The notes: generated by a model from the letters alone, not told the origin. A stretch of 64,000 nt of DNA from Arenicellales bacterium (GCA_965262855.1 OZ253563.1:2467011-2531010), one strand, 5' to 3'. Positions 1 through 10,283 are shown, counted from the first letter of the stretch. Numbers and translations are program-made.

Positions 1-582
1 CAAACTTCTGCACTTGTTAATGAAATTTACAACTGGACAGTAGCAAATTCCGATATGTCCAGAATGCTGTCAGGTGCGCTGCAGGGTGCCGTCCTGCAAT
101 TTCTGGCTCGTGCTGTCAAAGCAAAAAACATACTGGAAATTGGGATGTTTACCGGCTACTCCGCACTAACAATGGCGGAAGCTCTGCCAGATGATGGTCG
201 ATTGATTACTTTAGACATAGAGCCGGAACGGGAAGAAATTGCCCGATCATTTTTCGACAGAAGTTCTCACGGCAGCAAGATAACTATCATGATTGGTAAT
301 GCCATGGATGTCATTCCACGCCTCGAAGGGCCATTCGATATGGTCTACATTGATGCAGATAAAACTAACTACCTGAATTACTATGAAGCCGTCTTTCCTC
401 TAGTGCCATCTGGTGGATTGATTGTTGCAGACAACGTATTGTGGAGCAGCGCAGTACTGAACCCGCAGAGCGAGGATGCACGGGCTTTGCATGAATTCAA
501 CGAACACATTCAAAGTGACTCAAGAACAACCAACGTGCTATTGACCATTCGCGATGGCTTGATGGCCGTACATAAAATCTGA
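1..582 (+). CDS. Class I SAM-dependent O-methyltransferase (caffeoyl-CoA OMT-like, family 3), 5'-partial
   Basis: ORF 55..582 stays open in frame back to base 1. It has the SAM-binding loop LEIGMFTGYSAL plus the YIDADK and VADNVLW motifs typical of family-3 O-methyltransferases. Confidence 0.85.
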   Translation, partial: QTSALVNEIYNWTVANSDMSRMLSGALQGAVLQFLARAVKAKNILEIGMFTGYSALTMAEALPDDGRLITLDIEPEREEIARSFFDRSSHGSKITIMIGNAMDVIPRLEGPFDMVYIDADKTNYLNYYEAVFPLVPSGGLIVADNVLWSSAVLNPQSEDARALHEFNEHIQSDSRTTNVLLTIRDGLMAVHKI

Positions 583-711
583 ATTCGATTATCCAGGCAG
601 GCCCGACCCCGGCTCCCTCGGTAATTTCGACCGCAACAAATCGGTAGAGCCGTTGTTGGAAATGAAAACTTATGCCAGCATCATCAACAAACGTATTACT
701 AGTGTAATAAA

Positions 712-1548
712 TTGATTCAATTTCTTGCTATATTGCGATGTGCCGCTCTCATGGCAGTGTCTATTGCCATGCAGATGAACGCTTCTTTGGTGAGTGCGGA
801 AAGTGGCGATACACCAACCAAGTTGAAGGGAATGTATTCGGGTGTGTTTGTTGGTTCTGCTCAAGCAGACAATCGAATAGTTGATGTAACAGGGTTTGCA
901 AACTGGGGGCAACCCGGCTGGGCTGTTGACTACAATCGCAACGCCGTAGTCGGCGGGTTACTCATCGGGAGAAAGTTCAATACCAATGACAAAATTTTCT
1001 TTCTTGAATCCGACCTCATATTCGGTAGTATTACGGCCAGCACGAAAAAACTTGAACCCTACGAAGTGCAACAATATAGTCGAGCGGATCCGCCGGTACC
1101 TGGTTGGATTGATCCGTACGCTAAGGATGAGTCAGCCGAAACAAAATACAACTGGATCCTCTCGTTGCGCGGAGGGGCTGGTAAAGTTATTGACAAATGG
1201 ACGATATTTGCCACCGGTGGGCTTGCAGTTGCCCAAGTTGCCGATTCGCTAATCGACATTGATTTTGACAGCGACGATAACACGCCACATGTATTTGATC
1301 CCGACGATTCCTTCTCAACAAAGTCGGAAAAACTTGGATGGGTGCTCGGGATTGGTGTTGAGCACCAGTTCACAAAAAGCTGGACTGCACGTCTTGAAAC
1401 GTCATATTTTGATTTCGGAAAGTCTACACACTTTTCCAACCATTCTAAAGATGACACCTGCGGATTCGAAGGAGAAATGGCGTTGTGCCCTTATAGCATT
1501 ACGCACAAACTCAAATTAGTGCGATTTGCCATAACACGTCCGTTTTAA
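712..1548 (+). CDS. Outer-membrane beta-barrel protein (Omp25/Omp31-like OMP_b-brl type)
   Basis: Signal-like N-terminus (AALMAVSIAMQMNASLVSA). Motifs FATGGLAVAQV and GWVLGIGVEHQF...ETSYFDFG are present, with a C-terminal Phe. The exact start is uncertain. Confidence 0.65.
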   Translation: MIQFLAILRCAALMAVSIAMQMNASLVSAESGDTPTKLKGMYSGVFVGSAQADNRIVDVTGFANWGQPGWAVDYNRNAVVGGLLIGRKFNTNDKIFFLESDLIFGSITASTKKLEPYEVQQYSRADPPVPGWIDPYAKDESAETKYNWILSLRGGAGKVIDKWTIFATGGLAVAQVADSLIDIDFDSDDNTPHVFDPDDSFSTKSEKLGWVLGIGVEHQFTKSWTARLETSYFDFGKSTHFSNHSKDDTCGFEGEMALCPYSITHKLKLVRFAITRPF

Positions 1549-1668
1549 ATGAACGTGATGTCGAAGCTCTATGCTCTTTAAACCGGTTTCGCTTTCGTCA
1601 GAAAACAGTAGTTGCTAGACTAAATCGATAGAAAAAACCACGTAGAGTGCTTCTTTTTATCGAAAATC

Positions 1669-3978
1669 TTAAATCCTTCTTTCCAATCTCTGCCGGCGAC
1701 TTGCTGTAAACGCTGCTTGCATGGCTTCACCAGAAACATCCGGTTGCAGATCATCGTATTCATTTTTTGCCCAGCTGTAGTCTCCAAAATTTAACAGAAT
1801 TCCTTCGATCCAATGCAGTCTTTCTGGTGCATTTGCGAGCGAATTTTTTCCTGCAAGATACAGCTGTTTGCGATGTTCCTCATCGGTCCCGCTAGATTTC
1901 AGCCGACTATTCAGTTGCGAGATTTCAGCAGCACTGCTGCACTTCTCAAGCGCCGCCGTGTAAAATTCCTGTGCTTTAGACGGATTGTCCACTTGATCAG
2001 CAATGAGTCCCAATTCTGCTAATTGCAGCATGTTAAAGTCTTTTGCTTCACATTCAGTCAGAAAGCTTTCAACCCAATTGCGGTCCTGCAGAAGCTCTAC
2101 AACTGCTTTCATACATTTGATTCTTCCTGCAGAATCATACATTTTCGAGAACCACTCTTTCAAAATTTCTCCGGTGAACTCCAATCCCAACGCTTTGTTA
2201 GGAAGTTCTCTCATTTTTCTTGCCAGCTGATAGACGCTGGAAAAGAGCTCGCATGCCGAGGAAGCGTCCGTTGCGACCTCCCTTACCAAGTCATGATCAT
2301 TCAATTCATTGGCAGCAAAATTTATGAGCATCTCCCATTGAGAAACATCGAAATTTTCCGTTTCCAACAATTCTTTGGCTCGATCAATCAATTTCCTTGC
2401 ATATGCGAGGTCATCCAGTTCTTGCACAACAGTACGAGCCAGGCGTATGAACTCAAGTGCAGTAGAAATTTGCTTTTCCTGCTTTTGATATTCTGCGTAT
2501 TTCGCCTGATTGGCCCGCCTCCTTTGCAGTTTGTCGTCCAAATTCGTCTGCCATTCAATGTTATCGGACGCGAATTCTTTCACTGCTTTAATCACAGATT
2601 CCAAGTCAGCCGGACTGGCAGCTGCCTCCTCTGCTGCGGCAAGCGCGCTTTCACTGAACTCGGCATTGTCAATGTTCGCCTGAGAAGAGTGGAAAATTTC
2701 AATATGCTCGGAAGTGGAGTCCGCCAGATTCTTCATTCGACTCAAGATTTCGAACGCAACGCCTGCATCGTTGATTGTTTCACGCTGACTCTCAAGTATT
2801 CGCTTCAGACCGGAAAAACTGTCAATGGAGGCGCTTGCTTTTGTGTATATCGCTTGTACCACCGAGCCGTCATTCAATGTATTCATTACAGATTCGGCAA
2901 GCGAAACGAGATCATTTGCATTCCCCATTTTCTCTTCAGCCTGGCGGAACAGCTTCATCGTATATTCACGATCACCGAGCTTTTCCCAAACTTCAGCCGC
3001 CAGCTTTACAAGATCGGTAGCATTGGTAATCCGCTCGGCAGTTTTTTCATAAAATTGACGCGCCAACCCCAGGTCTTCAAGCTCAGTCGCTACGGCCGAT
3101 GCAACTTTTAGCAATACAACACGATCGCTGAGGTCAGGCAAGGCCTGTTCAAAATATTCCCTTGCTGATTCACGGTCTTGTCGGAGTTGCCAAAATCCAT
3201 AAGCAACATCCAGAAACTCTTCACCTTCCATCGCACTGTCTGCGGCTTCTTGCAGAAGTTCACCGACTTTTTCATCATCATTCATAATTTCACGAAACCC
3301 GCTGGCCAAGGCGGTATAGTCGGCTGGGAACTGGCAATCAATTTCTGCATTTTCTAAAAGACTTCGAGCTTGATCCTGATCGTCAAATAACTTCAGTACG
3401 GACTCAGCATATTTAACGATGTCCGCAACTGTATCCAGATGACGCTCGGCGGCTCTAAAAACTGTTTTTGCCTCTTCGACATTCCCAGATTTGACCAGCT
3501 TCTGTGCAAGCTCCTGAAACTGTGAAACTTCTTTCAGATCTGATGTGACTCTTGAGATCAAGGATGTTGCCAGTTCAACGTCACCCGCTTTGCCCGCATA
3601 GTCAGCTAGAACAATCAAATCAGTGCCCGACGCGTCATCAACCGAGTTTCGGATGAGACCAAGTCCTTTGTCTGCGTTGTTCATAAGCGTTGCGTACGCA
3701 TGACCCACCGCAGCGAACTCCATCGCCTCGAAACAGGAATCTTCAGCTTGTTCGAGCAATTCCTCCGCATACTGAGTATCGTTAAGCTGCGAAACCATAA
3801 ACGTCGCGAGACTTACGTACTCTGCCGGCTCCTGGCAGTCCATTTCAGCTTTACCTGCCAGCTCTTGTGCGTACTCTGTATCTTCTGGATCGGTTAACGC
3901 CTGTTTCGCCAAATTGAGCCATTCGTCGACGCTCGCACATTCGGATTCAAGGGACTGAAGTTCGGATCTTATTGCCAT
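1669..3978 (-). CDS. Large acidic helical repeat protein (about 20 degenerate 34-residue TPR-like repeats), function unknown
   Basis: Uninterrupted 769-codon ORF with a recurring 34-residue pattern (A..LL..AE.......D...LA......L.D). No signal peptide, TM segment or catalytic motif was recognised. Confidence 0.7.
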   Translation of the reverse strand: MAIRSELQSLESECASVDEWLNLAKQALTDPEDTEYAQELAGKAEMDCQEPAEYVSLATFMVSQLNDTQYAEELLEQAEDSCFEAMEFAAVGHAYATLMNNADKGLGLIRNSVDDASGTDLIVLADYAGKAGDVELATSLISRVTSDLKEVSQFQELAQKLVKSGNVEEAKTVFRAAERHLDTVADIVKYAESVLKLFDDQDQARSLLENAEIDCQFPADYTALASGFREIMNDDEKVGELLQEAADSAMEGEEFLDVAYGFWQLRQDRESAREYFEQALPDLSDRVVLLKVASAVATELEDLGLARQFYEKTAERITNATDLVKLAAEVWEKLGDREYTMKLFRQAEEKMGNANDLVSLAESVMNTLNDGSVVQAIYTKASASIDSFSGLKRILESQRETINDAGVAFEILSRMKNLADSTSEHIEIFHSSQANIDNAEFSESALAAAEEAAASPADLESVIKAVKEFASDNIEWQTNLDDKLQRRRANQAKYAEYQKQEKQISTALEFIRLARTVVQELDDLAYARKLIDRAKELLETENFDVSQWEMLINFAANELNDHDLVREVATDASSACELFSSVYQLARKMRELPNKALGLEFTGEILKEWFSKMYDSAGRIKCMKAVVELLQDRNWVESFLTECEAKDFNMLQLAELGLIADQVDNPSKAQEFYTAALEKCSSAAEISQLNSRLKSSGTDEEHRKQLYLAGKNSLANAPERLHWIEGILLNFGDYSWAKNEYDDLQPDVSGEAMQAAFTASRRQRLERRI

Positions 3979-4159
3979 GACTGTCTGAAAACTCTTTGAT
4001 ATTCAAAAATCTATATTATTATACGGATAGCTAAGTTCAAATGATCAGTTCAAGGAATCGGTAGCATTCCTGAATTAGAGTTCCAATGCTGCGGAGCCTG
4101 ATTGCATTGATTTGGCTCCAATCTGTAAATCGTCAATTCAGCAAAGTAATGGAGAAAAA

Positions 4160-5176
4160 ATGAAGATATGTGTCGTCGGCGCTGGATCTATGGGTGGAAT
4201 GATGGGTGTCAAACTTCACAATCTGGGAGAAGATGTAACCCTAATTGCCCGCGGCCCCCATCTGGAAGCCATTCAAGCCAACAACGGTCTGAAACTCATC
4301 ATGAACGACGGTACGGAAGAATTTGCCGAAGGGATTAGGGCGACGAGTGACATGCGATCAATTGGACGCCAGGACTTGATAGTCCTCGCAGTAAAATCCC
4401 ACCAAATTGCGCCCATCGTTGACGATATCAATTCTCTGTTGAGCGACGACTCCGTTCTGCTGACCATTCAGAACGGAATTCTTTGGTGGTATTTCCATCT
4501 GCATGGCGGCGAATTCAACAATCGTGTGATTCAGACAGTAGATCCGGGTGGTCACATCAGCAAGAACATTGATCCGAAGAGGATTATTGGATCAATCTCC
4601 TACCCTGCCGCAGAAATCAGTGAGCCTGGTGTAATTCGGCATATTGAAGGACTGCGAATGCCCATTGGAGAGCTGGATGGCGTTGAGAAACAGCGAACTA
4701 GAGACCTGGCCGATTTATTGAATCGTGCAGGGTTTAAATCGGTAATTTTGGAAAGCATTCGCGCCGAAACTTGGCTCAAAGTTTTGGGCAATCTGAGTTT
4801 CAATCCGGTCAGTGCACTGACTCACTCTACACTCGTCGATATTTGCCAGCACAAAGCTTCGCGCGACTTGGTCAATAAAATGATGACCGAATGTCGCGAA
4901 GTCGCACTGCGGCTTGGTGTGGGCATTCGCCTTTCAAATGAACGAAGGATTGAAGGCGCTGAAAGAGTCGGTAAACACAAGACCTCCATGCTGCAGGATA
5001 TTGAAGTCGGAAAAGCGCTAGAACTTGAGGGACTGATCGGGGCGGTAATCGAAATAGCACAGTTGACCGGAACCAAGGTTGACCACATCAAAACTGTGTA
5101 TGCACTGGTGAGTTTGCTTAATCAAGTTGTTCAACAAGAAGAACTATACATTCAGGCACAACCGAAAACCTCTTGA
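4160..5176 (+). CDS. 2-dehydropantoate 2-reductase family oxidoreductase (PanE/ApbA)
   Basis: MKICVVGAGSMGG Rossmann N-terminus, with ApbA N- and C-terminal domain layout. ATG at 4160 is preceded by GGAG, so it is preferred over the TTG at 4112. Confidence 0.8.
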   Translation: MKICVVGAGSMGGMMGVKLHNLGEDVTLIARGPHLEAIQANNGLKLIMNDGTEEFAEGIRATSDMRSIGRQDLIVLAVKSHQIAPIVDDINSLLSDDSVLLTIQNGILWWYFHLHGGEFNNRVIQTVDPGGHISKNIDPKRIIGSISYPAAEISEPGVIRHIEGLRMPIGELDGVEKQRTRDLADLLNRAGFKSVILESIRAETWLKVLGNLSFNPVSALTHSTLVDICQHKASRDLVNKMMTECREVALRLGVGIRLSNERRIEGAERVGKHKTSMLQDIEVGKALELEGLIGAVIEIAQLTGTKVDHIKTVYALVSLLNQVVQQEELYIQAQPKTS

Positions 5177-5329
5177 TCGTAACGGAGCCAAAATCATTAC
5201 GAAGCACCATTCCCTGCCATTCGAATTTACACCCAACCAGAGACTGAAAATCATTAACTCTGGCTTGTCAGAGTATTGCAATTGCATCCATTTGAATATG
5301 GGACCGCTGAACAGAGACGACGATTACGC

Positions 5330-6268
5330 ATGAAAAATGCGTATCGAGGTGTCTTGCCCGCCATTCCGGTTCCGATGTTGGACAACTACGAAATTGACGA
5401 ACCAGAACTTCGACGGTATTCGAAATGGCTTGCCGCATTCAGCGGCGTGACTGGAATTGTCACTAACAGCCAAGCTGGCGAGGTGCTTACACTAACCGCC
5501 GAAGAGAGAGTCCAAGTCACAAGTGTTGTCGTTGACGCGGTGGAAGGCCGTGTCCCCGTCATCTCAGGGATTGCTTGCGAGAGCATCAAGGAAGGCATAA
5601 AGCACGCCAAGATGGCAAAAAATGCAGGTGCCAACGGGCTGCTAGTGCTGCCCCGTCAATACTGGCTGCAATTCGGATATCGCCATGAACAAGTTCTTAA
5701 GCATTTTGTTGCGATTGGCAGAGCCGTCGACATCAATCTCATTGCTGACGTCTATTCAGAATGGGGAAAGGCAAGTTATTCTTCATATTTGCTTTGCAAC
5801 CTTGGCGCCCTGCCGTGGGTGACAGCATTCAAGATGTGCACCAGCGATATGCGCAGGTATGAAGAAGACATTCGATTGCTGCGCTCTGATGCGCCAGATA
5901 CTTCAATACTGACAGGTCACAACGAATTTCTTCTTGCTTCCATGGTTCAAGGTGTTGACGGTGTACTGGCGGATTTTGCAGCTTTCATACCGGATCTGGT
6001 CACAGGACTCTTTGATGCAGTCAAGTGCGGCGACCTTCACCGAGCGCAGGAAATTCAGGCGCGAATACTTCCTCTCAAGGAAGTAATTTACCACCGCGAA
6101 GAGATGTCAGGCGAACACCATGCTCGAATGAAATCCGCCATGGCAATTTCCGGACGTCTGAAATCCGCGGTCGTTCGTCCACCATTAAAACAACCTGCCG
6201 GCCAACTTCTGGAAAAAATCGAACGAGAGGTAAACTGGTGCGAGATTGAAGCAGAATCTATTTTCTAG
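5330..6268 (+). CDS. DapA/N-acetylneuraminate-lyase family class I aldolase
   Basis: GVLPAIPVPM...TGIVTNSQAGE...PVISGI...AGANGLLVLP layout of the DHDPS family, with a candidate Schiff-base Lys in AFKMCTSD. ATG at 5330 is the preferred start. Confidence 0.75.
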   Translation: MKNAYRGVLPAIPVPMLDNYEIDEPELRRYSKWLAAFSGVTGIVTNSQAGEVLTLTAEERVQVTSVVVDAVEGRVPVISGIACESIKEGIKHAKMAKNAGANGLLVLPRQYWLQFGYRHEQVLKHFVAIGRAVDINLIADVYSEWGKASYSSYLLCNLGALPWVTAFKMCTSDMRRYEEDIRLLRSDAPDTSILTGHNEFLLASMVQGVDGVLADFAAFIPDLVTGLFDAVKCGDLHRAQEIQARILPLKEVIYHREEMSGEHHARMKSAMAISGRLKSAVVRPPLKQPAGQLLEKIEREVNWCEIEAESIF

Positions 6269-6349
6269 CTTGAAAAAAATGGAACTCGCCGTGAACGAAA
6301 CAATACCTTACAATGCAGTCCAATTACTAAGTGCATGGATCCAGAATGA

Positions 6350-7024
6350 ATGATGAATAAAGTATCAGAATCAAGTAGTCAGGGTTCAGAAGGCGTTGTG
6401 GGAAGCAATGTCCAGTCTGCGTCTAAATCGTTGCCGACAACTTCCCAGTGGTACGACTCAAATGTGGATTTGATGGTAAATCGCTATGAACGATTTTCAT
6501 TCGGCGAGATTCACGAAAATTTGCTGAAACACCTACCGACAAAACGTCCTTGCAGAGCTCTTGACGTCGGTTCCGGTACCGGCAGAGATGCAGCAGCACT
6601 TGCAGAACTGGGAATTGACGTCACCGCCGTCGAACCTTCAGATGCAGTTCGGAAGAAAGCTGAAGAGCTTCACCCACACCCGCGCGTAGATTGGGTAAGG
6701 GACAGCTTGCCCAAACTTCAAACGATATTGAAAATCGGCTTACGTTACGACTTGATTCTTCTGAGCGCAGTTTGGATGCATATCGCGCCCAGTAGCCGGG
6801 AAAAAGCATTCCGTAGATTAATGACTCTATTGAATCCTGGCGGATTGATGTACATCACTTTGCGTCACGGACCGTTCGAAGCACTGCAGGGCTTCTGGGA
6901 TATATCAGATGACAATATTTACAATCTTGCCCACAAATATGGACTTATCGTGGTAAATCGCAGTACTGTTGATGACAAATTGGGGAACGAGGGCGTCACC
7001 TGGACCCGAATAGTTCTTAAATGA
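6350..7024 (+). CDS. Class I SAM-dependent methyltransferase
   Basis: Motif I ALDVGSGTGRDAAALAELG and post-I VTAVEPS; 224 aa. Confidence 0.75.
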   Translation: MMNKVSESSSQGSEGVVGSNVQSASKSLPTTSQWYDSNVDLMVNRYERFSFGEIHENLLKHLPTKRPCRALDVGSGTGRDAAALAELGIDVTAVEPSDAVRKKAEELHPHPRVDWVRDSLPKLQTILKIGLRYDLILLSAVWMHIAPSSREKAFRRLMTLLNPGGLMYITLRHGPFEALQGFWDISDDNIYNLAHKYGLIVVNRSTVDDKLGNEGVTWTRIVLK

Positions 7025-7179
7025 CCCGTAGTACGATATATATGCACGCGAATTTCTGATTTAAAACAGGATTAATCAAGTTTGTCTTGAAACAATCCAA
7101 ACGATAAATTTTTGTATTCTGTTTCGAGAAAACGTAGAAATCTGTAAATCCCATAAATACTGGCAAATTGGAGAAAATT

Positions 7180-7893
7180 ATGAGTACCTATCGAATGATG
7201 TCCGAACAACTGGAAGCACTGCTTGCGCTTTCACATCCGCCCATTGCAATTACATTTTGTGATTCGCAGTCCGATGTTGCGGGTTATGGATCAAACTATC
7301 CGTCGCCCACTGAGGATGGACGTACCGGCGCAGTCGCTGCTAGTTGCGTGTTCTGGACAAAGGCAGCCGAAAGAACATTTTCCACTGTTCCTGCAGATCA
7401 TGGAAACTGCAGTGTCGGAAGCCTGACTCATGGATTGATCAACTTGGAGGAAGCAGCCACCCGCGCAGATGTACAGGCGATCTGCGAAGCGAAGTGGGTT
7501 GATCCAGAAGTTTTTCCGCATATTCCGACAGTGAAAACTCGCCCCGAATCTATCGTTTACGGTCCCCTTGCCGAAGCACCAGCTGATCCTGACATTGTTT
7601 TTCTGCGCTTGGTTGCAAAGCAGGTAATGCAGTTGCATGCAGCAGTGCCATCCTTAAGGTTTGAAGGCAAACCTCAGTGTCATATCATTCCAATCGCCAT
7701 CGAACTCAAGCAGCCCGCAGTAAGCGTTGGATGCATGTTGAGTCGAGTTCGTACCGGGATGACAAATAACGAGATGACCTGTGCAATCCCCTTTGAACAA
7801 CTATCCGAAACAATTTCTGCACTGGATGCAGTGTTAGCAGCAGATCGACTTGTATCAGCGTATGCCAGCGAAGACGGAACACGCTTTCGATAA
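7180..7893 (+). CDS. DUF169-like protein
   Basis: HPPIAITF near the N-terminus and a C.FW..A....F.....H.NC..GS pattern, as I recall for DUF169. ATG at 7180 is preceded by GGAG. Confidence 0.5.
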   Translation: MSTYRMMSEQLEALLALSHPPIAITFCDSQSDVAGYGSNYPSPTEDGRTGAVAASCVFWTKAAERTFSTVPADHGNCSVGSLTHGLINLEEAATRADVQAICEAKWVDPEVFPHIPTVKTRPESIVYGPLAEAPADPDIVFLRLVAKQVMQLHAAVPSLRFEGKPQCHIIPIAIELKQPAVSVGCMLSRVRTGMTNNEMTCAIPFEQLSETISALDAVLAADRLVSAYASEDGTRFR

Positions 7894-8120
7894 ATTTCAT
7901 TCATGAAATATTTTCAATCGTCCTGCTGGACTTAATCCCTGAGCGCTGGCCTAGGACACCGGAATCCGGGACAGCTCAGCGATTTTAGCCGAAGTCGGCT
8001 GACTCGATAGAACAAACGGAGACATTGAATGAAAAATTGCTGTCCACACCAGCTCTTCAGCGAATGATGGCCCGCAACCGCAAAAACTGACCCGGTAGAA
8101 GCGGAGCATTACACAATTCC

Positions 8121-9734
8121 ATGATCGAAATCATTGGAGGAATGGCAGGAGGGATCGGGCTCTTTTTCGCGGGAATGTGGTTCCTGACGGAGAACTTGAA
8201 GACACTGGCCAGTCGCCGCCTTCGCATGACCGCAAACCGGTGGACTAGCAACCGGTTTACGGCATTCGCTTGGGGAGCAATTGCCGGTACAATTACGCAG
8301 AGCACAGCCGTGCTGACTTTCATCTTGGTTAGCATGTTGAGGTTAGGCTTCATCTCCACGCGTGGGGCATTCGCCATCCTACTCGGAGGAAGTCTCGGTG
8401 TGATGCTGTTGGTGTTTGTGGTGACCTTCGACATCAAGTTGATCTCGCTGTACGTCTTGGGCATCGCGAGCGCGGTCATGTTTAGCGAAAGGGCATCGAA
8501 GTACCGGTCCATCGCCGCGTCCTTCTTCGGGGGAGCAATGATCATTCTTGGCCTCGTTCTGCTTAAGGACTCGGCCGCGCCGCTGGCCGACCAGCCTTGG
8601 TTCGGTGAGACAATAGAATGGACGGGAGGTTCGCTGTTGCTTGCTTTCCTGGTATCCGCATTGCTGACAACCATCGTGCAATCGCCGACCGCCGTCAGTG
8701 TGTTCGGCATCAGCATAGCCACGCTCCGAGTCATCACCACCGACCAAGCCATCATGCTCTTGTATGGAAGTTGCCTCGGAGCGGGTTTGATTCTGTACCT
8801 ACTGTCGATGGGCCTCACCGGCCGCAGCCGTCAAGTCGCCATGTATCAGGTAATTTATAGCGTGGTGGTTAGCGCCATAATGGTTCTGTTGCTGTACATT
8901 GAGTTGTATTTCGATGTCCCGCTGGTGAAAGCCATGTTCCTCTCCATCGATCTGGGGCTGGGCCAACAGCTGGCCTTAATCTTTATCTCTATGTCCGTGT
9001 TCGGCGTACCGATCATGCTTGCCGCCTTGGGACCAATGGCCCAGATATTTAATAAACTGTGGCCGGCCACGGTTGCGGAGGAGCTGTCTCGGCCGAAGTT
9101 CATTCACAACCATGCGTTCGGGGACGTTGATACATCACTGGTGCTGGTGGATCTCGAGCAACGGAACGTGCTTGACATGTTCCCACTATACTTTAACGCG
9201 GTACGGCAGGGGACCGAGTTGGAAATGCCTCGAAAGGCGGTTAGGGAGGTATTGTCTGAAATCGACACCTTCCTGATTGATCTGCGCGGGCGCCACTCTG
9301 CACAGAGTAACGAAGGCCGTAGTTCGATGTTGACTCGCCAGAAACTGATTTTCTGGTTGGAGGAGCAATTGGCAGTCTTGTGTGGAACGCTGCGGGAGCT
9401 GAACGAACAATTGGCTCGCCACGGTTTACGAACGAGTTTCACTGAAGGAATCGATGCAGTGCTACTTTCCATGCTCCACGCGGTTGAAACCGGCGACAAG
9501 GATGCTTGGAAGCTTGCGAAGAAGTTGACCGAGAATCGCGGTGAACAGATGAGCACGATGCGATATCGGTACTTGGAGATAGAACGGTTTATTGACGACG
9601 AACCGCGCGCCCAACTTATCACGATCACCAATGCGGCCGAGCAAGCTTTCTTTCTCCTATCGAAACTGGCGCAGGAGTTCGAGAATTCTCCAATCGCATC
9701 GACGCATGTCCTGACGAAGGAGCATGTCAGGTAG
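8121..9734 (+). CDS. Na/Pi cotransporter family protein with PhoU-like C-terminal region (YjbB/NptA type)
   Basis: N-terminus GGIGLFFAGMWFLTENLK...GAIAGTITQSTAVLTF and a second repeat of the Na_Pi_cotrans domain. Multiple TM segments are followed by a soluble helical tail. Confidence 0.85.
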   Translation: MIEIIGGMAGGIGLFFAGMWFLTENLKTLASRRLRMTANRWTSNRFTAFAWGAIAGTITQSTAVLTFILVSMLRLGFISTRGAFAILLGGSLGVMLLVFVVTFDIKLISLYVLGIASAVMFSERASKYRSIAASFFGGAMIILGLVLLKDSAAPLADQPWFGETIEWTGGSLLLAFLVSALLTTIVQSPTAVSVFGISIATLRVITTDQAIMLLYGSCLGAGLILYLLSMGLTGRSRQVAMYQVIYSVVVSAIMVLLLYIELYFDVPLVKAMFLSIDLGLGQQLALIFISMSVFGVPIMLAALGPMAQIFNKLWPATVAEELSRPKFIHNHAFGDVDTSLVLVDLEQRNVLDMFPLYFNAVRQGTELEMPRKAVREVLSEIDTFLIDLRGRHSAQSNEGRSSMLTRQKLIFWLEEQLAVLCGTLRELNEQLARHGLRTSFTEGIDAVLLSMLHAVETGDKDAWKLAKKLTENRGEQMSTMRYRYLEIERFIDDEPRAQLITITNAAEQAFFLLSKLAQEFENSPIASTHVLTKEHVR

Positions 9735-10193
9735 CTCTTTCCGTTCCTTTTCGTCTGTTGCCTGCGCACTCTAGTGTCATCGGGGCAGGCACCGCGTCGG
9801 ACGCGGCCAGCGATTCAATCCCCCGAGCGGTTCCGGCCGTGAAGCACTCAGAGAGGTTTTTTACCCGACTTCGGCTTCGCGTGACACAGCGAATCGTTGA
9901 CCAGCTCGCAGAAACACTAGCACTCCTCAATTTGCCCGCACGGCCGCTCTAAGGCTTCCGGACTGGAAATCGCTAGCCGACGCCTCTGGTCGCGCCGTGA
10001 CTGAAGCTCAGCGAGGTTGGAATGCGCGGTCATACGGGTTTCCAGTTGTTATCTTAATGTTTGATACTGCATTGAGATAATCTTGGAAATCCATGCTAAT
10101 GTGTTGTTCCAGGGGGACAATAACAAATCTCGCGTGCACCCAATCCCCACCCAAGAAAAAGAGTAGAATATAAGGAGTGAAAAACAGCAGGGC

Positions 10194-10212
10194 GATTGAA
10201 ATATTTTCAATC
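10194..10212. promoter_or_regulatory. Palindrome GATTGAAA-TAT-TTTCAATC 72 bp upstream of pckA (candidate operator)
   Basis: Perfect 8-bp inverted arms with a 3-bp spacer in the AT-rich pckA leader. Confidence 0.3.
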
Positions 10213-10283
10213 AATTAGTGATATAAATTTTGTACACACATCACCTATGACATTCGATTGAGCGAACTTCAGTCAGTAGGACT

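Noticed and set aside
2023-3111. 362-aa plus-strand ORF (and several shorter ones) inside 1669..3978
   Set aside because: It lies antisense to the 769-aa repeat gene. Its composition is low-complexity and Cys/Phe/Arg-rich, typical of a shadow ORF, and it has no motif.
8057-9769. Long minus-strand ORFs 8057..8818 and 9104..9769
   Set aside because: They are antisense to the Na/Pi cotransporter within GC-rich DNA, where stop codons are rare. Their Arg/Pro/Ser-rich composition gives no family signal.
10008-10214. 68-aa minus-strand ORF with a hydrophobic N-terminus between the Na/Pi gene and pckA
   Set aside because: It has a non-ATG start, it overlaps the pckA leader and palindrome, and no family was recognised.
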